DNA of 32,000 nucleotides from Candidatus Saccharimonadota bacterium (GTDB taxonomy: Bacteria; Patescibacteriota; Saccharimonadia; Saccharimonadales; Saccharimonadaceae), in contig MKSO01000001.1 of the NCBI GenBank assembly GCA_001897305.1, positions 810,001 through 842,000 on the forward strand, given 5' to 3'. The position numbers were made by a program, and so were the translations under genes. This document shows, in pieces, positions 24,693 to 32,000 of the stretch; position 1 is the first letter of the stretch, and each line of letters begins with the position of its first letter. The notes under the pieces were generated by a model, which saw only the letters and a program-made list of their open reading frames with translations, was not told the origin of the DNA and did no database searches.

Positions 24693-24971
24693 ATGAATTA
24701 CGTCGAAAACGTAAAAAACTTTAAAGAAAAGACTGGCAAATATAGTCAGCCTATTCCTACTGATATCGTTGGACATGCGCTGGATCTCCGCACGTCACCT
24801 CTCGCCCAAGAGGCCTTTCAGGCACAGGAACATCTCTTACCTATAGAAATCCTGTCCCCTGAACAAAAGCGCCTTGCTATAGCAAGAACCGCTGGCAGTA
24901 TGGCAACAAGGCTAGCTATGGCATCATTTTACACCCCGAACGTCATACCATTTGTAGATCTACAAGAATAA
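24693..24971 (+). CDS. Hypothetical protein, 92 aa; possibly the N-terminal part of a longer interrupted gene
   Basis: ATG preceded by TATAAT 7 nt upstream. It ends at TAA 24969-24971, but the same frame stays open into the next ORF. Confidence 0.4.
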   Translation: MNYVENVKNFKEKTGKYSQPIPTDIVGHALDLRTSPLAQEAFQAQEHLLPIEILSPEQKRLAIARTAGSMATRLAMASFYTPNVIPFVDLQE

Positions 24972-25166
24972 GAACAAACAGATGTCATTCACATCCTGGC
25001 AAGCAACTACGCAACAGCAGCCAGAGATACAAATCAAGATAAACAAGGACTCCTACTTTTAAATAGTGCCGCCGACCCCCTCTCGCCCATTTCTCACAAA
25101 GAAACTCGTGAGTGGGTATACAGATCGCGAACGGCAAACATATCACTTAGCGACCGTTTAGAATTA

Positions 25167-25814
25167 ATGCTTTCTTACGCAAACATAGTCCCAGGGACGT
25201 TCCCCAAAAAGCCGCATACTATTGCACCAATTGCCAACAATGACGCGACCTTTACACAAGCTTTTGGCAGAGACAGTGTTACTGACAAAGAGTTAGTAGA
25301 CATCAAGGATATGCGGCTGCAACTAGCAGACGATACGGCCATGATGTACTACCTTGATTCGATCGACTTTAAACCGGGTCCGTCAAATGACGCTCTTGCC
25401 GAGTCGGTACATACTATCCTGACCAGCGAAAACCCCAATGAGCAAATGATCCAATGGGAAGTCGCCTATTCGTTATGGAAAAACCGCCCCGATACATACC
25501 AACGATTCAAGGACTACCTTCACGTGCTGTGGCCCAACAGAGACTTTTATCCTACCTTTGAGGTGAAGAGCGACTCAATCAAGGCCATGGATGTGGTCGG
25601 TGCGTACAACCCTGCAGAGCTAGCGCATGGCGATATGATGGTACGTGCGCTCGGAATCATTACTAAACAAGGTGTTATCGCAGACCCTATTGATGCAGAC
25701 ATCCCCTTTGATCACTATTCAACGCAACCGCACGTACGCAATAAAACAGCATGGGTCACTCGAGAGTTCCTCACAAGGGGTGAACATATTCTTCGAGGTA
25801 GAGTGAAGTTCTAA
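25167..25814 (+). CDS. Hypothetical protein, 215 aa from the first ATG; weak DUF218/YdcF-like pattern
   Basis: The frame is open for 65 further codons upstream, back to the TAA of the previous ORF, with no in-frame ATG, GTG or TTG. The loose pattern QAFGRDS...GPSNDALAESVHTIL...IQWEVA...FEVKSDSIKAM...AHGDMMVRALGI is reminiscent of DUF218, but the call is not secure. Confidence 0.45.
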   Translation: MLSYANIVPGTFPKKPHTIAPIANNDATFTQAFGRDSVTDKELVDIKDMRLQLADDTAMMYYLDSIDFKPGPSNDALAESVHTILTSENPNEQMIQWEVAYSLWKNRPDTYQRFKDYLHVLWPNRDFYPTFEVKSDSIKAMDVVGAYNPAELAHGDMMVRALGIITKQGVIADPIDADIPFDHYSTQPHVRNKTAWVTREFLTRGEHILRGRVKF

Positions 25815-26377
25815 TTCCCATTATCGAGAAAAGACCTAAATAACGTCGTATTATCAGCATCATCCTGAACTGCCCGATGTAGTATAGCAAGGTTATGCAC
25901 CTGCGCAGCCCTCTCGCTGCCAATGGCAACCATTGACGGATCCAGCTCCTGGGCCACCAAAGCAACCGCCGCGGATGTGTCGTAATACTCTTCTAGCTCT
26001 GCATTTGGAAAACGCCCGGCAAGGTAGCCACTACATTGAGATAACGCAACGGGGTGGGAGATTACTTTCTTTATGCCTTCTGGTTTCGTCTGTGGCAACC
26101 CAATAATGTGTTGTTCAATAGGAAGCGCGTACTCACCCTCTGTTTGTACGTCGTTCTCTTCTAGTAAAGCTTCAACCTCGCTAATTATTCCGTGATTACT
26201 GTTGCTGACGGCAACCAGCGCCCTGTCGACTTCTCCATTTTTCAAGCGTAAGAATACTTCGCCAAAAGACTGGCAGTAGACGATATCGATAGGTTGCTTA
26301 TAGTAACGTAAGGCCGCAATTTCATGGAAAGAAGCTTTATCGCCTTGAATGGCTACTTTTATAGTATTGGTACGCAT
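25811..26377 (-). CDS. pheA: Prephenate dehydratase catalytic (PDT) domain protein without an ACT domain, 188 aa
   Basis: KVAIQGDKASFHEIAA, VDRALVAVSNSNHGII, ISHPVALSQCSGYL (compare SHPQALAQC), and the end ...QDDADNTTLFRSF (compare N.TRF). GGGAG lies 9 nt upstream of the ATG. Confidence 0.75.
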   Translation of the reverse strand: MRTNTIKVAIQGDKASFHEIAALRYYKQPIDIVYCQSFGEVFLRLKNGEVDRALVAVSNSNHGIISEVEALLEENDVQTEGEYALPIEQHIIGLPQTKPEGIKKVISHPVALSQCSGYLAGRFPNAELEEYYDTSAAVALVAQELDPSMVAIGSERAAQVHNLAILHRAVQDDADNTTLFRSFLDNGN

Positions 26378-26723
26378 TATGTAATTCTCCCGTGGGTAGG
26401 TTGGTATATAGATGAAAATGGTGAGAATTAAATATGCTGCTTAAGCAGCAAAAAAGGCAAAGGCAAAAGAGTGCGAAGAAATTAGTGCTGTATTTGAACT
26501 CTTTATCATTACTAGAACAATAGCACCCCTTAGGCTATCTGCGCAAGCTTTCTGACTTTTTGTTGTCATACTGCAAACACGAAAAGTCCTGTTCGTCTCT
26601 GATTATTAAAAAGATATCAATTCTCGTGACTATCGAAAAAATAATACAGGGGATGCGTATATCAATGCAATCCAGAAAAATATCAGCTAACGATAAGTAC
26701 GTTGCCCGGCAGCCTTAGCTCCC

Positions 26724-28568
26724 TTAATGCACCTCGTCAGCTGGCTTTCGATGATTCCGTGTCACACCGATTACGTTAACGACCGGAATAATTATGGGTA
26801 AACCACCCGTCTCGTGAAGCAGATACGACCCGACCGACATTTGGATGGAACGTTTCAAAAGTTCAATGGCCGTTTTCGAACGGACTTCTTTTTTAGCACT
26901 AAGTATTTTGCGAATTTCAGCTCGAATACCGTTCATTGTTTGTACGTTTGTCTTGGAAGCAATAAACCCTCTCGTTACTATGTCTAGGCTGGAAACCAAT
27001 TTCGCATGCCTATCGATAGTTGCAACGATGATAAGAAAACCTGTTTCTGTTAATTGCAGGCGGTCACGGGTAACAATTTCCGGAACCACAGCGCCCGTTT
27101 GATCAACGAATCGATCGCCACTCGACACCCGACCTATAATGCCTGGTTTTTTGTCCGTTCCAAACTCAATAACAGCACCATTTTCTACCATGAGTATATG
27201 GCTGGCCTTTACACCACTCTGTAACGCAATATCTTTATGATAGGCGCGATTCAATGCTCCTCCATATATAGGCATGACGTAATCCGGATTAGTTAATGCT
27301 ATCATCTCGGCGTGCTCGTCCCTGGCAGCATGCCCTGAAACATGGAGCGGTCCTGAACCGTCAATTTCATGGGTTGGGTGCCGGTATTGCTTTACTCCAA
27401 TGGCCGATAGAAGATCTCCAATTTTTGCATAACTCCTTTCGTTGCCGGGAATGGGCGTGCTGCTAATGACCACCGTGTCAGAAGAGGTAAGTGTCACCGC
27501 CTTGTGTTCACCGACAGCCATGCGACTCAATGCCGCCCCGGGTTCACCTTGACCACCAGTACATATTACAAGCACTTCGTTATCAGGCAGGGTCTCTACG
27601 GTCGATAGCGGTATGAGTGTACCCTTCGGTATCTTTAGCTTTCCGAGCCGAGCTGCCAACTCGGCAACAGTAAGCATGCTCCTTCCATCAAGTGCAACTT
27701 TGCGTCCGTAATGGTTGGCTGCATTGATAATCATCTGAATACGGTTCATATTCGACGAGAACATCGCAATTATTAAACGTCCTTTTGTTTTACCAACTAA
27801 GTCATCAAAACTATCCTGCAGGGTATGTTCAGTCGGGGTGCGCCCTACCCTTGTCGTGTTTGTACTTTCACTCATAAGAAGGAGTACCCCTTGCCTTCCT
27901 AGCTCTGCGAGTCGCTTTACGTCACTTGGCATGGCATCAAGAGGCTCTGGGTCAAGCCGAAAGTCGCCGGTATTAATGAGACGTCCCAAAGGTGTATCGA
28001 TAATGATAGCCGACGATTCCGGAATTGAGTGCGTCACCCTTACCAACTCAACCGTAAACACACCAATAGAGACGCTCTCGTGCGTATCCATATCAAGCAC
28101 GATCAGCTCGGGCTGATATACTTCGCCTTGTTCTTGCACCTTACTGAAATGAACATCTATCATACCTATCGTAAAGCCGCTGCCATAAATTGGCGCAGGA
28201 TACTTCGGTACAACATGCGTGAGTGCACCTATATGATCCATATGGCCATGACTAATAACGTATGCACGTATTTTGTGTTTAATAGTTTCTAAATAATCCA
28301 GTACTGGGATGGCATAATTTACGCCCGGTAAATCGACACCAAGGTCGAAACCACAGTCAAGAATAAGGGCGTCGTCCTCATATTCGACGACGATCATATT
28401 CTTTTCACCAATACCATTTTGACCACCAAGTGGTACTACTCGAACAGTTTGAGGTGGCACATTCTCAACTTTTCCCAGCTTTACTCGATAGTTGCGTAAT
28501 TCTCGATCAATCTTATCATTTAATTGCTGAGATACTTGAGCAGCATTTATATTGTTATATTTTTTCAT
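26724..28568 (-). CDS. rnj: Ribonuclease J (metallo-beta-lactamase/beta-CASP), 614 aa
   Basis: VRVVPLGGQNGIGEKNMIVVEY, ISHGHMDHIGAL (HxHxDH), GDFRLD, VSGHAARDE. AGGAG lies 5 nt upstream of ATG 28568; the track TTG at 28664 is rejected. Confidence 0.93.
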   Translation of the reverse strand: MKKYNNINAAQVSQQLNDKIDRELRNYRVKLGKVENVPPQTVRVVPLGGQNGIGEKNMIVVEYEDDALILDCGFDLGVDLPGVNYAIPVLDYLETIKHKIRAYVISHGHMDHIGALTHVVPKYPAPIYGSGFTIGMIDVHFSKVQEQGEVYQPELIVLDMDTHESVSIGVFTVELVRVTHSIPESSAIIIDTPLGRLINTGDFRLDPEPLDAMPSDVKRLAELGRQGVLLLMSESTNTTRVGRTPTEHTLQDSFDDLVGKTKGRLIIAMFSSNMNRIQMIINAANHYGRKVALDGRSMLTVAELAARLGKLKIPKGTLIPLSTVETLPDNEVLVICTGGQGEPGAALSRMAVGEHKAVTLTSSDTVVISSTPIPGNERSYAKIGDLLSAIGVKQYRHPTHEIDGSGPLHVSGHAARDEHAEMIALTNPDYVMPIYGGALNRAYHKDIALQSGVKASHILMVENGAVIEFGTDKKPGIIGRVSSGDRFVDQTGAVVPEIVTRDRLQLTETGFLIIVATIDRHAKLVSSLDIVTRGFIASKTNVQTMNGIRAEIRKILSAKKEVRSKTAIELLKRSIQMSVGSYLLHETGGLPIIIPVVNVIGVTRNHRKPADEVH

Positions 28569-28759
28569 TTTTTCTCCTGGGATATACCCATAACACCAAA
28601 AGAGTTCGGTGCGTATTAGATTGTTTGAGATTAGCTCAAAATAGATATCTTGGCCAAATCGCAACAGATAGTAGATCTGCTATACATTTGCTCAAGATGA
28701 AGACATAGTGACAAGAAGCTTGCAGTTGGCTATAGAGCTACTTACAATGGCTAATTCTT

Positions 28760-28788
28760 ATTATAGCACATCAGCTATAACAAGTCAA
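28760..28788 (-). promoter_or_regulatory. Near-consensus sigma70 promoter reading toward RNase J
   Basis: Minus-sense TTGACT (plus 28783-28788), a 17-nt spacer ending in TGc, then TATAAT (plus 28760-28765). This implies a 5' UTR of about 185 nt before the rnj ATG. Confidence 0.6.
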
Positions 28789-28843
28789 TGTGCTTATTGT
28801 TATACAAGCGTTGCGGATAGGTATACCGTGCTACTATAGGTGC

Positions 28844-29407
28844 ATGAGAGAAATTGAAATCAAGGCTAAAGTTTCCGATATGTCATCACTACTTAGTGCG
28901 ATTGAACGTGCCGGCATAACACTTTCCGAACCTATTAAGCAACACGATGTCGTGTATGGGCAACCCGGGGCAGCCGACAATGCACCTGGTTCCACTTGGC
29001 TACGTATACGCACTGAAAATGATGCTCGAGTGATATTCACTTTAAAGCAGCAACACTCGGGTGGTCTCGACAGTAAAGAACATGAAACCGAAGTAAGCGA
29101 TGCAGCTGAGCTGGCTGCGATTATCGCAACGCTCGGCTTTACGCTTTATTCCGACCTAACAAAAACTCGGCGCAAGGCCCACTATGGTGGCATTGAAATT
29201 TGCGTTGATGTTGTTGATGGCCTGGGTTCGTTTATTGAGGCTGAGAAACTCGCCGAAGACGATGCCGATGGCACGACCATCGCTGCCGACTTATGGCAAG
29301 AACTGATCAAACTAGGTGTCGATAAAGCCGACGAAGTTTTTGATGGCTACGATGTGCTCATGAACCGCAAATTAGCGGAAGAACAACAGGTTAGTACTGA
29401 GGACTAA
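28844..29407 (+). CDS. CYTH domain protein (class IV adenylate cyclase CyaB / triphosphatase family), 187 aa
   Basis: MREIEIKAKV carries the ExExK signature, followed by WLRIR, IFTLK, RRKAHYGGIEICVDVVDGLGSFIEAE, a CYTH beta-barrel pattern. TGcTACTAT lies 6 nt upstream of ATG 28844. Confidence 0.8.
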   Translation: MREIEIKAKVSDMSSLLSAIERAGITLSEPIKQHDVVYGQPGAADNAPGSTWLRIRTENDARVIFTLKQQHSGGLDSKEHETEVSDAAELAAIIATLGFTLYSDLTKTRRKAHYGGIEICVDVVDGLGSFIEAEKLAEDDADGTTIAADLWQELIKLGVDKADEVFDGYDVLMNRKLAEEQQVSTED

Positions 29408-30265
29408 AATAGTCACAGTCACAATCGCCCCACTGGCATAATTAAGCCACAAAAATCGCTTCCAGCCTTTATTACTTTTTGCCGAAGTAGCATCCGTAAT
29501 TAATAAATAGGGGGTGCAGTTAATGACATACGCAAACCCCGCCAAAGCCACGGCCCAATACTGCACACCCTGTAGCGCCACAACAATGGATGCATAGATA
29601 TAAAGCGCGAGTGTTAGCCAGACTGTTTTGCGCGCACCCAAAAAGGTGGCGATTGAATGCAACTTGCCCTCCCTATCGGGAATGATATCTTGCACTGCGC
29701 CAAAAGCGTGCGATGCCATACCCCAGGCAAAGAAAGCCAATATCCACGGCCAGGCATCTGGCTGGAAACCAACCAAAGCCAATGCGAATACCAGCGGGCT
29801 GACAAAATGGAAGCTACTGGTAACGGAATCAAAAAAAGGGATTTCTTTAAACCGCAAACCTTTCAGTGAGTACGCCAGCGCAGCAAACACTACAAAGGCA
29901 AGCACAATCCGAGCCGGCCATGAACCAACTGCGAATAGGTAGACCAAAAAAGGTACATTAGTAACAAGCACGGCCTTTAAAATAGTCGGGTGGAATTGAC
30001 GGGATTCTTTCATGCCCTCAATGCCGCCTTTGCGTGGGTTGCGAATATCCGACTCGTAGTCAAACACGTCATTCACGCCATACATTAAAAGATTATACGG
30101 ACCAATAAAATACAACGTGCCGACAACCAGCGTAGCAATATCTAACGATGACAGTGGCCAAACACTTGCTAACAAAAAGCCAACTAAAAACGGATAACTC
30201 GTATTAGGCCATGAAATAGGGCGCGATACCCAAAAAAGTTTTTTTACCGTTTCGAATAGCTTCAT
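29372..30265 (-). CDS. UbiA-superfamily prenyltransferase, lycopene elongase (CrtEb/LyeJ)-like by context, 297 aa
   Basis: About 8 TM helices. The first Asp-rich motif is GVNDVFDYESDIRNPRK (NDxxDxxxD) and the second is VQDIIPDREG. The start overlaps the preceding cyclase subunit's stop (TAATG). Confidence 0.65.
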   Translation of the reverse strand: MKLFETVKKLFWVSRPISWPNTSYPFLVGFLLASVWPLSSLDIATLVVGTLYFIGPYNLLMYGVNDVFDYESDIRNPRKGGIEGMKESRQFHPTILKAVLVTNVPFLVYLFAVGSWPARIVLAFVVFAALAYSLKGLRFKEIPFFDSVTSSFHFVSPLVFALALVGFQPDAWPWILAFFAWGMASHAFGAVQDIIPDREGKLHSIATFLGARKTVWLTLALYIYASIVVALQGVQYWAVALAGFAYVINCTPYLLITDATSAKSNKGWKRFLWLNYASGAIVTVTILVLSTNLLFFR

Positions 30266-30573
30266 TAGTCCTCATCCCCCTGCTTAGCACTCGACCCTAC
30301 TCTTTTCCATAACACAGGCACGATAATGACTGCCAAAATAGCATAGAAGAAATCTTCAATCGGCGCCTTGCCAAGGTAGATACCAAGCAGTTTCGCTGGG
30401 TCGTACCCGACAATACCGGCGATAATAATGACGTTATCAAATACTAAGGTCAGACCCAAAAGAATAACTAGTGTTATATACCACGCCTTTGAAGGTTTCC
30501 TGTAGGTTTGCACCAGCAAAAAGACGATAATCGCCAAAAAAACGACGTTAAGAATTAGATACGTGAACGCCAT
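30265..30573 (-). CDS. Lycopene cyclase domain protein, small subunit (second of the pair; CrtYf/CrtYd-like), 102 aa
   Basis: Three TM helices and the PxE(E/D) motif of heterodimeric carotenoid cyclases (GKAPIEDFFYAIL). Confidence 0.7.
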   Translation of the reverse strand: MAFTYLILNVVFLAIIVFLLVQTYRKPSKAWYITLVILLGLTLVFDNVIIIAGIVGYDPAKLLGIYLGKAPIEDFFYAILAVIIVPVLWKRVGSSAKQGDED

Positions 30574-30869
30574 TTTGAAACTCCGTTATAAATAACCAGC
30601 GTACTGTAGCAAAGTAAGAATAAGAAGAATAATTCTTCAAGTGGAAATTCTGGTGCAATTGTAAAAGGCAGACTATAGTTACTGCCGCCATGGAAAAAAA
30701 TACCTAAAAAGATGCCAAAGAAATCCCACAAAATAAAAATGAGGACTGCCAGTAACAGTGTCACGCCAGTGCGTCGAGCATCTTTCCAAAAAGCTAGCTT
30801 ATGGCGCCAGTCAATAATTGCCATGCCTGTAATGCTGATCAACAGCCCAAGTAAATAGAACCACTGCAT
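30555..30869 (-). CDS. Lycopene cyclase domain protein, small subunit (first of the pair; CrtYe/CrtYc-like), 104 aa
   Basis: Three TM helices, N-terminal YLLGLLISITGMAIIDWRHKL and PEFPLEELFFLFL (PxEE motif). It overlaps the next subunit by 19 nt, and its start overlaps the crtI stop (TGATG). Confidence 0.7.
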   Translation of the reverse strand: MQWFYLLGLLISITGMAIIDWRHKLAFWKDARRTGVTLLLAVLIFILWDFFGIFLGIFFHGGSNYSLPFTIAPEFPLEELFFLFLLCYSTLVIYNGVSKWRSRI

Positions 30870-32000
30870 CAGCCGACAATCCTTTTATGCACCAATTCGG
30901 CACTAATAAGGCACATCGGCACACCAATACCCGGTACTGTACTAGCGCCGACGTAATAAAGGTTGGAAACCTTTTTGCTTTTGTTTGGCGTGCGGAAAAA
31001 AGCACTCTGCGTTAGCCTATGCGAAGGCCCCAACATTGTAGATTGCCACGCATTATATTTTGACGAAAAATCACCCGGGCCAAATAACGTTCGAGTTATA
31101 GTACGGCCCTTAAGGTCGACGCCAGTTGTTTGATGAATTTGTTCTATGTAAGTATCGGCTAACTTCTCCAAAGCAGTTGGAGAGATGGTTTTACCGGCCG
31201 GTAATGGCACTAGCACAAAGATATTTTCATCACCCTTTGGCGCGGTGGCATCAGACTGGCTAGTCTTCGAGATATACAGCGATGCTGGGTTTGGAATAGC
31301 TTTCTTGGCAAAAATGTTATGGAAGTTTTCTTTCCAGTTTTCGGTAAATAGCAAGGTATGGTGCTCAAATTCTGGCACCTTGCCTTTAATGCCTAGGTAC
31401 ATCAAAAGGGCGCTGGGGCTGGGTTCGCGCTTATCCCAATAGGCCATAGGGTAGGTTTGCTCACTTGGTTTTAAAAGTTTCGTTTCGGTAAAGTGAAGGT
31501 CGGCGTTAGAAATTACAATATCCGCTTCAATTTTTTCGCCAGACTCAAGCAAGATACCTTTTGCTCTCCCCTCTTTGGTGATAATGCGCTTTACACCAGC
31601 GTTCGCGTGGTAATGAACACCCGCTTTTTTGCCAATCTTTACCAACGATTCTACCACAGCGTACATTGTACCCTTTGGGTAATACACCCCTTCATCAAAA
31701 TCAAGCGCGCTCATCAGGCTATAGAGAGCCGGCGCCGAGTAGGGTGAACTTCCCAGAAAAACCGTTGGATACTCAAGAATTTGCTGTAAGCGCGGATGCT
31801 GGATATATTTTTTGACGTAGTGATGTAGTGGTGTAGTGGCAAGAACTACCATTGAGCCAAGGTTTTTCACGACATCCTTGTGGAGCAACTGCCGAGTGGA
31901 ATCAAAGTTTGTATACAAAAAATGACGCAACGCCAATTGGTATATTTCCCGACTGCGATCAACATACTGAATGAGTTTTTGGCCAGCGCCCGGCTCAAGT
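30869..32000 (-). CDS. crtI: Phytoene desaturase family (CrtI-like), C-terminal ~377 aa; 5' end outside window
   Basis: The frame is open to the window end; the track start at 31936 is an internal TTG. Supporting blocks are ...EGVYYPKGTMYAVVESL..., ADIVISNADLHFTE, and the C-terminal NLYYVGASTVPGIGVPMCLISAELV typical of CrtI. Confidence 0.85.
   Translation of the reverse strand, partial: LEPGAGQKLIQYVDRSREIYQLALRHFLYTNFDSTRQLLHKDVVKNLGSMVVLATTPLHHYVKKYIQHPRLQQILEYPTVFLGSSPYSAPALYSLMSALDFDEGVYYPKGTMYAVVESLVKIGKKAGVHYHANAGVKRIITKEGRAKGILLESGEKIEADIVISNADLHFTETKLLKPSEQTYPMAYWDKREPSPSALLMYLGIKGKVPEFEHHTLLFTENWKENFHNIFAKKAIPNPASLYISKTSQSDATAPKGDENIFVLVPLPAGKTISPTALEKLADTYIEQIHQTTGVDLKGRTITRTLFGPGDFSSKYNAWQSTMLGPSHRLTQSAFFRTPNKSKKVSNLYYVGASTVPGIGVPMCLISAELVHKRIVG

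Noticed and set aside
26435-26455. Perfect palindrome TGCTGC-TTAA-GCAGCA as a terminator between the pheA-like gene and rnj
   Set aside because: On the plus strand it is followed by an A-run. On the minus strand the U-run precedes the hairpin and only AUAUUUAAUU follows. It also lies about 270 nt past the rnj stop. It is not a canonical intrinsic terminator in either orientation; a weak one or a protein-binding site cannot be excluded.
26378-26723. A 346-bp ORF-free spacer as a possible housekeeping ncRNA (tmRNA, RNase P, SRP or 6S)
   Set aside because: No conserved signature strings of these RNAs and no convincing extended secondary structure were visible by eye. It is most simply the pheA-like promoter region plus the rnj 3' UTR. 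A cmscan would be needed to exclude a novel sRNA.
1-32000. Alternative genetic code (UGA recoding, as in some CPR lineages)
   Set aside because: TGA terminates pilM, the 6-TM gene, crtI and the small dinB-coupled ORF exactly at overlapping-start junctions and at homolog-consistent lengths. No conserved protein here needs read-through of TGA.
1-32000. CRISPR arrays, intact IS elements, integrases, prophage or toxin-antitoxin modules
   Set aside because: I saw no regularly spaced direct repeats, terminal inverted repeats, or recombinase or transposase catalytic motifs while reading the intergenic regions and translations. The only repeat found is the intragenic Cys-module repeat in the LTD gene.

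Overview
Gene-dense bacterial chromosome segment using the standard code (TGA, TAA and TAG all terminate genes at sensible lengths). The gene content resembles a reduced-genome monoderm such as Candidatus Saccharibacteria/CPR, but that is inference and has not been searched. Features include type IV pilus genes without a secretin, a lamin-tail-domain surface protein, RNase J, several NUDIX genes and many leaderless-looking genes.

Left third: pilB (partial)-pilC-pilM-pilN-pilO plus two extra genes. Next come recX-NUDIX-recA on the minus strand, with a pilin gene diverging from recA. ruvC and ruvA-ruvB are separated by an inserted plus-strand ORF. A lamin-tail-domain protein and yebC follow, then a Y-family polymerase translationally coupled to a small unknown ORF behind a 20-bp palindrome.

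Middle: all three CAU-anticodon tRNAs, a decayed Crp/Fnr remnant, rdgB, a membrane protein / ATP-cone / cysteine-free flavoprotein trio, and an FtsB-like gene.

Right third (accessory-looking): an M20 peptidase coupled to an apparently circularly permuted ATP-grasp-like gene, sitting behind a terminator/antiterminator leader. This is my best candidate for an undescribed system. Also here are a P-loop kinase, an ORF pair split by an in-frame TAA, an ACT-less prephenate dehydratase, RNase J with a long 5' UTR, and a CYTH protein. A tightly coupled crtI / cyclase subunit / cyclase subunit / prenyltransferase operon (C50-carotenoid layout) runs off the window end.

No rRNA, CRISPR array, intact transposase or prophage was seen. 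All family calls come from reading motifs in the translations; no database search was possible.
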